Of a stretch of 64,000 nucleotides of DNA, positions 29,150 through 38,187 are shown piece by piece. Every line of letters starts with the position of its first letter. Positions within the stretch are counted from its first letter, which is position 1. The stretch covers positions 176,016-240,015 of the IMG/VR virus record IMGVR_UViG_3300047499_000113, one strand, 5' to 3'. Below the pieces are notes generated by a model. That model was not told the origin of the DNA. It did not search any database and saw only the letters and a program-made list of their open reading frames with translations. The translations under genes and the position numbers were made by a program.

Positions 29150-29425
29150 TCACGCGCCAGAGAACTGACCGCCCATGTCGACCGACCACTGGAAATGGCA
29201 CTTGCAGCACTCGAAGGAGGCCACCTTGCCACCAGTTCCGGGATTGGGCGTCGTGTTGAACGCGCGCTTGCTGTCGCAGTATTGACCCTTGGTCTTGATG
29301 TCCTTGCCGCGCTGGCAGGGCATGTTGACTTCAGGTCCGGGGTTGTTCTTGCCCGGCCTCTTGCCGACGAACGAAACTGCCTTGGGACCACTTTCCTGGG
29401 CCGGAGCCTTATCTGTTTTGGGCAT
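29150..29425 (-). CDS. Small zinc-ribbon protein
   Basis: C...C...CCKC pattern. Confidence 0.55.
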   Translation of the reverse strand: MPKTDKAPAQESGPKAVSFVGKRPGKNNPGPEVNMPCQRGKDIKTKGQYCDSKRAFNTTPNPGTGGKVASFECCKCHFQWSVDMGGQFSGA

Positions 29426-29786
29426 CGAAGGTACCTCGTCCAGCGAACTGTACCTGCAGAGCCCCCGTGATGCGACTCAACCGGCTCGCCTGCGATTCCA
29501 TAGGGAATAGAGGCATGGGCAGAGTGTTGACGATCTGCATACAGATGAGGTAGTCTGCATAGAGCAGCCACAGCTGGCTCAGGGGTCCCGGCCCTCTTCC
29601 TCGAGAGAGGAAGACGATCTTGTTGCCGAGAGGGTCCGACTGGATGTCCGCCTGCACAAGCGGCGCAGTGCCGTTGTAGCTGAACATGTCGAGCACCCAC
29701 TGCGGAAGCACCGTCGTGGCGAAATAAGTCGACACCGGCGTGATGGCCCGGCCTTGAAGTCTCTTGCCGGCGAGCGACCCGTCCAT
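29409..29786 (-). CDS. Hypothetical protein
   Basis: 125 aa in operon. Confidence 0.5.
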   Translation of the reverse strand: MDGSLAGKRLQGRAITPVSTYFATTVLPQWVLDMFSYNGTAPLVQADIQSDPLGNKIVFLSRGRGPGPLSQLWLLYADYLICMQIVNTLPMPLFPMESQASRLSRITGALQVQFAGRGTFDAQNR

Positions 29787-29791
29787 GACGG

Positions 29792-30955
29792 CTACGACCA
29801 GTCGGGCTTCACCGACTTGGATGCAACCCGAGCTGCGATGCTGAGAGCGCGAGCCAACGGCAGCTCCGACGCCACCTGCTCTTCACCCTCCGCCTTGCCC
29901 TTGCCCGGGTTCTCCTCGGCCTTGATGGCGTCCACGTCGACGCCTTCCTTCTTCAGCTTCTTGGCGAGAGAGTCGTACGACTTCTTCTCGGATGGAGTGA
30001 GCGTGCCCTGCTCCTCCTTCCACTTGAAACGCGCGACCTTGCGCTCGTCGATGCCGCGCTGGTAGTCCAGCTTGTCCTGGACCTTCTTCTTCTCCATGCG
30101 GCGCACGGCGCTCGGATCGACGTCGCCGAAGAATGTTTCCTTCAGCTGATCGTAGGCCGCGGGCTCCATGTACTCATCGAGATACTTCCAGATCTCGTCG
30201 AGGAGCTTCTTGCGCAGGTCGCCCACGAAGCCCGACCAGCGCTTCTCGTGCTTCTTGTACAGCTCCGGGTGCTTGTCCTTGAGCGCCGAAGCCTGGCCCA
30301 TGTTCTCCTTGATGTCGGAGCCGAATGAGCCGATGTTGTCCTCGAAGATGAGGTCGAACAAAGCACGTGTCTCGGGCGAGAGAGTCGCCTTCAGGTCGTT
30401 GACATGCTCGTCGATGAGGTCGATGAATTCCTTGACGGCTGCCTTGTCATCCAGGGCCTTGCCAAGAGCGGACTCGGGGTCCGTAGGCATGCGGCCCTCG
30501 CCACCCTCCGGCGAGCCACCGCCCTCGGGGCGCTGACCGTAGGCTTCGTCCACGCCCTTCTCGCGCTTCTTCTGGCGCGTCTTGCCCATCGACTCCGAAA
30601 TCGCGCGCCGGCGCACGTTCGTGTAGATGGCGTCCAGGGCGTCCTGCCACTTGGGGAAGTCCTTCTTGAAATCCCAGTTCTTGCTGACCAAGTAGGTCAG
30701 AAAGTCCTGGATGACGTCCTGGGCGCGCGTCTCGTCCTGCTGAACTTGCTTCTTCGCAATGTTCATCAGCTTGGCGCCGACCGCCTGCGGGTCCAGGTCG
30801 ATCTTCTCGCCAGGATAGGACTTCTTCAGGACCTCGAGCAGGCCCTTGCCGATGCCGGTGTTGACGTCAGCGTAGAGGCGGAACATGGCCAGAAGCAGTC
30901 GGATGGAGGGTGCAATTCCATGCATGGGCGCGCTCGTGACCATCACCAAAAGCAC
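29792..30955 (-). CDS. Divergent sigma-factor-like protein
   Basis: 'RAQDVIQDFL...IYTNVRRRAI' (region 2-like) and 'LSPETRALFDL' (region 4 start-like); C-terminal IAARVA. Confidence 0.45.
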   Translation of the reverse strand: MLLVMVTSAPMHGIAPSIRLLLAMFRLYADVNTGIGKGLLEVLKKSYPGEKIDLDPQAVGAKLMNIAKKQVQQDETRAQDVIQDFLTYLVSKNWDFKKDFPKWQDALDAIYTNVRRRAISESMGKTRQKKREKGVDEAYGQRPEGGGSPEGGEGRMPTDPESALGKALDDKAAVKEFIDLIDEHVNDLKATLSPETRALFDLIFEDNIGSFGSDIKENMGQASALKDKHPELYKKHEKRWSGFVGDLRKKLLDEIWKYLDEYMEPAAYDQLKETFFGDVDPSAVRRMEKKKVQDKLDYQRGIDERKVARFKWKEEQGTLTPSEKKSYDSLAKKLKKEGVDVDAIKAEENPGKGKAEGEEQVASELPLARALSIAARVASKSVKPDWS

Positions 30956-30966
30956 CCACCAAAGCT

Positions 30967-32499
30967 CTAACCCGCATGGGCGACACGATTGTCGTTCGCG
31001 AGAGAGCGGTTGATAGCCGCCGTGACACGCTCTTCCGATACGTGGAACCGGGCCGAAATTCCGGGGATGCCCATGCCCATATCGAAGAGGGAGGAGAACA
31101 GTTCGGTCCTGGCCAGCACGACCGGCCCGAACAGGGCCGTGCCGGCGATGTCAGCCACGGTGCAACCGTGTTTGGAGGCGATGCGCTCGGCCATCTCGTC
31201 CGTGACGACGTCCGGCATGTCCTGCGCCTGAAGCTTGCGGTGCGCGCTCGCAATGAGGCGGTGGACCTTGGCCACCGGCAAGTCGGATTTCTCCGAGTAT
31301 TGCCGAACGCTCATGTCGCCGAGATCCACCGACACGAGGACGTCTGCCTCCTCGTCCGACAGATTGGCCGAGTCGACCAGGCGCTTGACGTCATGCCAGC
31401 CCTCGGCCTGCACGAACTTGCTGATGGCGCCGTTGTCGCGGATGACACGCTGGATGGTGGACGGGTCGTCGCTTTCCTTGTCGTCGGAGTCCCAGGCGAC
31501 CGTCTCCTTGTCGCTGAATTCGGGCGACATGCCCTTGTTGAGGACCATCGTCGAGAGGTCCTCTGCACGACCCATGCGCTTGAAGTCGTTGACGACTTCG
31601 TGGTCGATCACCATCTCGGCGTACTTGAGCAGGCCCGCATCGATCCCGTGCTTCGGATCGCGCCGCATGATGTAGAGCGGGGAGCTTTTCACGAGGTTCT
31701 GCCGGCGCCAGTCGCGCAGGAACGGCCGCAGTTGCGAGTCGTTCCAGCGGAGCTTGCGAACCGCGTCGACCACGTCCGCGCTGCTCCAGCGATGCGAGAG
31801 CGACAGCCCGCGCGAACGTAGCAGCTCGCGCCCGTGGTCGCAAACCGGGCACGCCTGCACACGAGAAAGGTGGTAGTGGTTGCTGCAGTAGCCCATCGCG
31901 TAGTGCTTGCGGTTGCAGTCGCCGTAGCCGCACAGGTCGCCACGCTTAGGGATGGACTCGATCTTCTCCTGGCACTCGTGCTCGGTCAGCTCCGAGGGCT
32001 TGAGCTTGCCCTGCCGGTAGAGCGACTCGAGCGCGCCGAAGTCGTTCGGCCCGTAGCCCAGCAGGCGCAGCACCTTCGTCGAGTCGATGGTGTGGCTCTG
32101 GATGGAGTAGAAGTAGCGCTCGTAGTCGAACTTCGCGTAGTCGAGAAGATCCGACACACGGAAGATGGACGTGTCGAGCGCGGGGTCGCTGCGACGCTTG
32201 CCGTAGACGGGGACGACCGCGCCCGTGTACGTGAGCATCACGCCGCCGAGGATGAGTTCGGCCTGCTTCTTGTCGACCAGCTCGTCGGTCAGGTGCTTGA
32301 AGAACCAGCGACCGATGAAGTTCTTGGACAGGAGGCGCAACCGCACGTTCTGCGCGGTGTCCTGGCAGCGCTCCTTATCGCGCTTGAAGTGCCGCGCCAC
32401 CTTGCCCGCAGTCCAGTGATACCACTGCTTGAGGAAAGACTGGTTGGTGGGAATGGCGATGGGGTGAAGCGCAGGCACAGACAGAGACGACCGGCTCAT
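30967..32499 (-). CDS. Sigma-like protein with inserted Zn finger and C-terminal DnaA-domain-IV-like HTH
   Basis: Region 2-like 'ERCQDTAQNVRLRLL'; CGYGDC...GYCSNHY; region 4 'LSDEEADVL...VHRLIASAHRKL'; 'IASKHGCTVADIAG...VVLAR...GISARF'. Confidence 0.6.
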   Translation of the reverse strand: MSRSSLSVPALHPIAIPTNQSFLKQWYHWTAGKVARHFKRDKERCQDTAQNVRLRLLSKNFIGRWFFKHLTDELVDKKQAELILGGVMLTYTGAVVPVYGKRRSDPALDTSIFRVSDLLDYAKFDYERYFYSIQSHTIDSTKVLRLLGYGPNDFGALESLYRQGKLKPSELTEHECQEKIESIPKRGDLCGYGDCNRKHYAMGYCSNHYHLSRVQACPVCDHGRELLRSRGLSLSHRWSSADVVDAVRKLRWNDSQLRPFLRDWRRQNLVKSSPLYIMRRDPKHGIDAGLLKYAEMVIDHEVVNDFKRMGRAEDLSTMVLNKGMSPEFSDKETVAWDSDDKESDDPSTIQRVIRDNGAISKFVQAEGWHDVKRLVDSANLSDEEADVLVSVDLGDMSVRQYSEKSDLPVAKVHRLIASAHRKLQAQDMPDVVTDEMAERIASKHGCTVADIAGTALFGPVVLARTELFSSLFDMGMGIPGISARFHVSEERVTAAINRSLANDNRVAHAG

Positions 32500-32669
32500 C
32501 TTTTCGCATCTCCGTGCGGCGGTTGTACCGCCGGCTGAGTGGAGGGTTGCTGCTACTCGAGAATGCCCGCCCTATGCGGACTGGGCGGAGAGTACAGAGC
32601 CTAGCATGGTGACTAGGCTGCCACAATCATTCGCGAACAAACTGGAAACCGCTTCGATAACTTACACTC

Positions 32670-32813
32670 TGTGGGTGAACTGTGGACGGATCTGTGGAAG
32701 ACTTGTGGATGTTGTAATTGTACGCCTCAAAAAGGCTCGAAAAACCCGGCTCCGAATGCGTCCACAGGCTGTGGACGCGAAGACCTGTGGACGAACACGT
32801 CAAATTATGAATA
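32670..32813. promoter_or_regulatory. Cluster of seven DnaA-box-like TGTGG(A) motifs; candidate replication origin
   Basis: Motifs at 32670, 32681, 32693, 32704, 32758 (reverse), 32770 and 32786 in a non-coding gap, followed by a short AT-rich stretch. Confidence 0.65.
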
Positions 32814-32878
32814 CGTTTCGGGGCCATCCGAACGGATGACCCCGATTCGCCGGTCCAGAATACCGCAGAAATACCCGA

Positions 32879-33739
32879 TCAGGGGTTCGCGGAAACCTGG
32901 GCCTCGGTGAAGTGGAAAGGATGCGCTCGGCTGTAGCGCTCCGCCCAGTCATAGCGAACGTCGCCTTTGGGGCAGTCACCCATCTCGCCCGTGAACTGGC
33001 ACAAGCGAGCGTGATTGCGGATGCTGCGGCGAGCGATGTGAAGGGCCACGCGACACGCCGACTGGCGATTGAGCATCCCTGCGGGCGTCACGAGCGTGCC
33101 GTCGTCGGGCTCCTGATCGGCGTACGTCCACTCTTGCTTGTTGATGTCGCGAGTGTCGTCGTCGTAGTTGGCTGGGATGGTGTAGATGCCGCCTCTGTCA
33201 GGATGGACTTGCCAGATGCTGTGAGCAAGCCCGCCATCGCAGAAGCCCGACCAGCCCATGGTCTTGCGCCCCTCCTCGGACGCGCGCCATACGCGGTCGT
33301 TGCATTTGCCCTCGTCCACGTAAGCGAGAAAGCTCGTCTCGTGGAAAGCGATGGACACCATCATAGTCGCCGTACGTGCCTTTGTGGAGTCGTCCCTCCA
33401 CATCGGAGGCTCGGTTGGGTCGAGAACCACCGTCGCGATGTCGCGAGAGATGTCCTCGTATGAGGCACTGCGACCGGGGATCGGAGTGACCGCCGATTTC
33501 ATTGCCGTCAAGAGGTAGTCAGCGAGTTGCCCAACCTTGGCATTGTCCTTCTTCTCGGAAGTTGCCTCCGGCTGTACAGGCACCTCTGTGGGGATGAGCA
33601 CGGCTGCACTGTTGACTGACTGCATCGAGGCCACTGCCACAGAAGCCTTCGGCTGTTCTGCCGAGGCCACTGCAACGATGACCACAAATGCGGCCAGGCC
33701 ACAGAGGGCCGCGGCGCACCGGATCAGAGTCTTGTACAT
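32879..33739 (-). CDS. Secreted/anchored lysozyme- or transglycosylase-like protein
   Basis: Hydrophobic N-terminus; 'IAFHETSF' and 'SIWQV' resemble SLT motifs; AGGAG ribosome-binding site. Confidence 0.45.
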   Translation of the reverse strand: MYKTLIRCAAALCGLAAFVVIVAVASAEQPKASVAVASMQSVNSAAVLIPTEVPVQPEATSEKKDNAKVGQLADYLLTAMKSAVTPIPGRSASYEDISRDIATVVLDPTEPPMWRDDSTKARTATMMVSIAFHETSFLAYVDEGKCNDRVWRASEEGRKTMGWSGFCDGGLAHSIWQVHPDRGGIYTIPANYDDDTRDINKQEWTYADQEPDDGTLVTPAGMLNRQSACRVALHIARRSIRNHARLCQFTGEMGDCPKGDVRYDWAERYSRAHPFHFTEAQVSANP

Positions 33740-33837
33740 CACGAATCTCCTTGTATGGGGTCTTGAAGGAAGAAAGAGGAGCCGGAGCAGTATACAATTG
33801 TACTGCTCAGACTTGAAACTGGCAAATAAAATTCGAG

Positions 33838-34152
33838 TTACGAGTCTACAGGCTTCCACTCCAGATACTGAGTGAGGCCCGCTAACCCAGGTCTGCCAGT
33901 CTCGTATTTCAATACCGCTCTGTGGACTTTGTAGGGACCCTCGATGTGCCGGCTCTTTCTAGAGTCACGCGGGTTCTTGAGCACGACACTGAATTCCACC
34001 ACGGTCCCTTGGCCAAGGAGCGGGAGTTCGCCCGCACGAAACTCCAGGTGCACGGGTAAATCCGTGAAAACGAAGATCGTTCGCACGTTCCCTCCGCCCG
34101 AAACGACTCCGGGCGTCTTCAGCACCATTGCTCCTTCTGCTTCACGATTCAC
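33838..34152 (-). CDS. Hypothetical protein
   Basis: 104 aa. Confidence 0.5.
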   Translation of the reverse strand: MNREAEGAMVLKTPGVVSGGGNVRTIFVFTDLPVHLEFRAGELPLLGQGTVVEFSVVLKNPRDSRKSRHIEGPYKVHRAVLKYETGRPGLAGLTQYLEWKPVDS

Positions 34153-34569
34153 CGTCTACGTCCGTATCTTCTGTACTTCCACCGTCTCCGTCACCGCTAG
34201 CTTCGCTACCGCCACACGCTCCTTCGGAGCTTCATCTTCCGTCGTCGTTGTTTGAGCAAGAAACTTGATCGAAGGATCAAGAAGAGAAGATCCTTTGGGG
34301 AAAGGATCTTTTTCACAAGGTTGCGGAATGGAACCGGTTGCTCGTGAAACGAGGACGTCCGTGAGCATTGGACGAACCGACTGCTTCTTGATGCAATCTT
34401 CCTGGGTCTGTGCCACCGCCCGAAGGCTAGGGACTTCTCCTCGTTGAACTGTGCTCCGAGGATCGGTCCCCACTGAGCATGTATTGTCATACATGGTCAC
34501 GGTCTTGCTCCCTGCAGCGAGGACTCTACAGCGCAGTGACGCGAGCGCGACCGAAGTATAATTGTCGAG

Positions 34570-35298
34570 ATGAAGAAGAACGGGCGAGGAAAGCCTCTGG
34601 ACCGGGAAGAAGTAGATCGTCACATCGACGACTGCCTCCGAAGGCTCCGGTGCGGCAAAGACGCTCCATACTTCCGCTCTCTGCTTGAGGGAATGGTTTA
34701 TCAGGGCGTAGTGCCTCTAGACCTGCTACGGAAGGTGCCCGCTCCTGCACAGGAAGCCGGCAAGACGCGCTTTGACCAGCTCTACGGGGCTGCGATGCAG
34801 CTCGTGTTCCCCGACTACAGAGAAGAGACGCTCCGGCGCTTTCTCGGTCCTGAGGCTCCCGTCACGGAGGACAAAATCTGGCGCGTCATGTTCCCCGAGA
34901 AATTCGGCATGACTCACGTGTTCATGCGCGCAGGAACTTTCCAGCAGGCGTTCGCTCTCGGATGCGACTACGCGTGTCGCGTTCACATGCGTGCGTTTGC
35001 GACGATCCCATCGGACCTCACCATTCGGGTGATGTTTGTCTCCGAGAGGGCCCTTCGTCGAATACTCGACATGCGTTGGGCGGCCAAGACTCACAAGCGA
35101 ATGCAGCTCAAGCTTGTGGGCAGGGAGTTCACGCCGCGGATGCTCAAAGGCGCGAGGCTCGCGGCGCTCGGTCATCCGGACAGCCCTATGCACTCGATAG
35201 CCAGGTACGCCGAGATGAAGGACCTCGAGAAGGTTCGAAAGTCCAAAGGACGAGTGCGTACGTCGCCGGTCGAATCGGAATCTTTTCGCAGAAAATGA
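34570..35298 (+). CDS. Hypothetical basic protein
   Basis: 242 aa; TATAAT 7 nt before the ATG. Confidence 0.65.
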   Translation: MKKNGRGKPLDREEVDRHIDDCLRRLRCGKDAPYFRSLLEGMVYQGVVPLDLLRKVPAPAQEAGKTRFDQLYGAAMQLVFPDYREETLRRFLGPEAPVTEDKIWRVMFPEKFGMTHVFMRAGTFQQAFALGCDYACRVHMRAFATIPSDLTIRVMFVSERALRRILDMRWAAKTHKRMQLKLVGREFTPRMLKGARLAALGHPDSPMHSIARYAEMKDLEKVRKSKGRVRTSPVESESFRRK

Positions 35299-35341
35299 GA
35301 TACGTTGCCGACATGATCATGCAGCGCTGTACGGTCCCTGC

Positions 35342-36517
35342 ATGCAAGACGGCAAGTTCAACGTCATCATTGACGCTTTTTGGGGTTCATCTGGCAAGGG
35401 CAAGACCTCGACGTGGTTGGCCGACAAGTTTTCGGTCACCCGTGTGTCGTCTTCGAACTTCCCGAACGCCGGCCACACAGCCGCTTTCGAGGACGGGACG
35501 AAGTTCGTGGCTAAGGCCATCCCCACTGCCGCCATTCTCAAGAAGACTCGAGGCATGGGCGTCGAGTGCTTTCTTTCACCGGGTTCCGGTTTCGCGTGGG
35601 CGCAGCTCGTCAAGGAGTGGAAGGAAGCCGGCAAGCCGACCATCCGCATCCACGAACGAGCCAGCATCGTCACCGACGACCACGCAAAGCGAGAGCGTGA
35701 AGGCGCGGAGTCGACGATGCACATAGCGTCGACGATGCAGGGTTCGGCTGCGGCAATCGTGGACAAGGTGCTTCGCAAGGCGGACTGCCAGCTCGCGTGG
35801 AACACCGTCGACGAAGTGATGCGCGGATTCGAGGGCACGATGAGCCCCGAGTTCGCCGAGTCGGTTCGCGTACTCAAGGCCGACGCTTTCCGCGCAATGT
35901 CGCAGGGCGCGGTCCTCGACGAGGGCCACACGTGGCTGCACGAGGGCTCTCAGGGCTTCTCGCTCTCCATCGACCATGGCTCTCACTACCCGCACTGCAC
36001 GAGTCGAAACTGCACGGTGCAAGCGGCGCTCGATCACATGGCGATGCCGCCGCAGGTCCTCGGCGACGTCTATCTCAATCTGCGCACTCGACCCATACGC
36101 GTAGGGAACGTCGTGGACAATGGCATCCAGAAGGGTTACTCGGGCGATTTCTACCCGGACTGCAAGGAGATGACCTGGGAGCAGGTCGCGGCAGAGTCCG
36201 GGATGCCGGCGGAGGAAGCGAAGATCCTGGCCGAGCGCGAGCGCACAACGGTGACCAAGCGCATCCGCCGCGTCTGCAACTTCACCTTCGTGGGCCTGCG
36301 CGACGCCGTGCGCACCAACGGCGCCACGAAACTCTGCCTCAACTTCATCCAGTACGTCAACTGGGAAGACCGTGGCCTCAAGGGAGGCCGGGACGCCTTC
36401 GACAAGCTCTCGAAGAAGAGCCGCGCGTTCATCGATAGGGTCGAGGAGGCCGCGCAAGTGCCGGTCGTGCTCGTGGGAACCGGCGCGCTTCATGATGAAA
36501 TGATAACTCTCTTGTAG
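35342..36517 (+). CDS. purZ: PurZ-type N6-succino-2-amino-deoxyadenylate synthase (PurA paralogue)
   Basis: WGSSGKGK (Ser where PurA has the Asp of GDEGKG), PNAGHT, EGSQG.SL, YPHCTSR, PIRVG, TTVTKRIRR, LNFIQY in place of the TKLD-type motif. Confidence 0.82.
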   Translation: MQDGKFNVIIDAFWGSSGKGKTSTWLADKFSVTRVSSSNFPNAGHTAAFEDGTKFVAKAIPTAAILKKTRGMGVECFLSPGSGFAWAQLVKEWKEAGKPTIRIHERASIVTDDHAKREREGAESTMHIASTMQGSAAAIVDKVLRKADCQLAWNTVDEVMRGFEGTMSPEFAESVRVLKADAFRAMSQGAVLDEGHTWLHEGSQGFSLSIDHGSHYPHCTSRNCTVQAALDHMAMPPQVLGDVYLNLRTRPIRVGNVVDNGIQKGYSGDFYPDCKEMTWEQVAAESGMPAEEAKILAERERTTVTKRIRRVCNFTFVGLRDAVRTNGATKLCLNFIQYVNWEDRGLKGGRDAFDKLSKKSRAFIDRVEEAAQVPVVLVGTGALHDEMITLL

Positions 36518-36538
36518 CAGCGGTAATTACCGTTGCTA
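36515..36538 (+). promoter_or_regulatory. Hairpin covering the whole purZ-HNH spacer
   Basis: TAGCAGCGGT-AATT-ACCGTTGCTA; 10-bp stem with one G-U pair, including the A of the ATG. Confidence 0.6.
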
Positions 36539-36990
36539 TGATTCAAAAGAAGCGCCGCTGCAACGTCTGTAAGAAGAAGAAGACTCTCGATGAGTTCTAC
36601 AGGAACTCAAAATTCCCACTGGGCCGTACATATACGTGCAAGCTTTGTATGAATGAAGCGGGCACGGCGAGGTACCAGCGGAACAAGGAAGAAATCAATC
36701 GGAAGAGGCGAGAGGAAACCAGACGCCTGAAACTTGAAGTGGTCGATGGGTATGGCGGGCACTGCGAGTGCTGCGGTGAAGACCGGTGGCAGTTTCTCAA
36801 CATCGACCATCGCAATGGGGGCGGGACAGCTGAACGACGAAATGCCAAGAACAAGAATCCACTTTTCTTTTACAAACGGCTCGTCGCCGAGGGTTTCCCT
36901 AAAGAAAAGTTCCGTTTGCTCTGTTGGAATTGCAATTTGAGCATTGGTCTATACGGGTCGTGTCCACACACAGAAGAGAAAGTCGCATGA
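36538..36990 (+). CDS. Free-standing HNH-type endonuclease
   Basis: CNVC, CKLC, CECCG, NIDHRNG, LCWNCN; same family as 18777-19373. Confidence 0.8.
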   Translation: MIQKKRRCNVCKKKKTLDEFYRNSKFPLGRTYTCKLCMNEAGTARYQRNKEEINRKRREETRRLKLEVVDGYGGHCECCGEDRWQFLNIDHRNGGGTAERRNAKNKNPLFFYKRLVAEGFPKEKFRLLCWNCNLSIGLYGSCPHTEEKVA

Positions 36991-37572
36991 CCGACGAAGA
37001 TCTCTTCTACGATCCTGAGTCGGTCTATAACTTCAAGGTGAAGAAAGTGGCGCGCGTTCCGTCGGGTGAGAAGATGCATGACCTCGTCGTCCGAGACGGC
37101 TACGCGCTCTTTTGGGGCGAGTGGCCGTCCAACTGGACGTGGGCGCCCTTCACTCTCGACGGCGTGCGGTATAACTGCACCGAACAGCACATGATGGCAG
37201 AGAAAGCTCGGCTCTTCAAGGATGAGCAGGCTCTCCGCCACATCATGAAGGCTACGGACCCGGCGAACCAGAAACGCTATGGTCGGCAGGTAAAGGGCTT
37301 TGACGAACGTAGATGGTCGTCAGTCTGCTACGACATCGTGCTTCGTGGGAATCTCGAGAAGTATCGGCAAAACCCGGAGCTTTGCGAGAAGCTCCTGGCG
37401 ACCGGGAATCTCCATTTTGTCGAGGCTAGCCCCAAGGATAAAGTGTGGGGCATCGGTATGGACAAACATCACCCCGACGCGACAAAACCCCGGCAAATGG
37501 CTCGGCAAAAATCTGCTCGGGAAAGTGCTCGACGAAACCAGGCGTATCATCAGGCAGGAGCGTGGGTTGTGA
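36987..37572 (+). CDS. NADAR family N-glycosidase, interrupted by a 1-bp frameshift near 37484-37491
   Basis: SNW, TEQHMMAEKARLF, GRQV, EASPKDKVWGIG in one frame; the conserved WLGKNLLGK end is in the next frame. Confidence 0.8.
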
Positions 37573-38057
37573 GCCAGCTCGTGGACTTCTACGCCGGCGC
37601 CGGCAAAGACCACGCGGGCCGCAAGATCGACGACATTTGGGCTTGGGATGAAGACAAGCTCGAGAACGTTCACGACTACATCCAGTGGCTCTTCCCGAAC
37701 AGGGCCCCGAGCCGCTTCAATCCGGAGGCTCCGCTACTGACCGACGAAGACGCACAAGCTTTCAAGGAAAGCACTTACCTGTCGTCGCGAGTTCTGCGCT
37801 CGTTCGACATGATGTGCGCGTTCTATCGCGTTGGCTCCATGCAGTGCAAGCGTGCAGGCGTGAACGAGGGCCCGCCGTACTGGTGGGACAGCTTCGCGCA
37901 TTCGCACAATTGGCTGCGGATGACCCGCATCATGCTCTGCATGACCGAGGTCGGCTACCAAGACAACGCAAAAACTTTTCTCGAGTGCATCGAGAAAGCG
38001 ACTCTTCCGGACAGCAAAACGCGGCTCTTTTGGCGAGCCGCAGCGGGCGTGAAATGA
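37569..38057 (+). CDS. OGFr N-terminal-like domain protein
   Basis: LENVHDYIQWLFP, HNWLRMTRI; GTGA overlap with the NADAR stop. Confidence 0.8.
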   Translation: MSQLVDFYAGAGKDHAGRKIDDIWAWDEDKLENVHDYIQWLFPNRAPSRFNPEAPLLTDEDAQAFKESTYLSSRVLRSFDMMCAFYRVGSMQCKRAGVNEGPPYWWDSFAHSHNWLRMTRIMLCMTEVGYQDNAKTFLECIEKATLPDSKTRLFWRAAAGVK

Positions 38058-38187
38058 AAATTCTCAAGCGTAATCGGGTTCTTCACCAGGGCAAGACGTG
38101 CTGCGGCCACGAGTTCAAGACGCTCTATGGACTCAAGATGCACGCACGCGATAAGCACGGGTCGAGGGTCCGACTCAAACGAGTGCG

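Noticed and set aside
34156-34623. 155-aa minus-strand ORF
   Set aside because: No motif, uncertain start and overlap with a better-supported divergent gene; not called.
35342-36517. Ordinary adenylosuccinate synthetase (purA)
   Set aside because: Lacks the GDEGKG Asp and the TKLD-type motif; matches PurZ patterns instead.
36924-38057. Genuine 377-aa NADAR-OGFr fusion as in the ORF track
   Set aside because: The conserved NADAR C-terminus is in another frame and ends in a GTGA overlap with the second gene.
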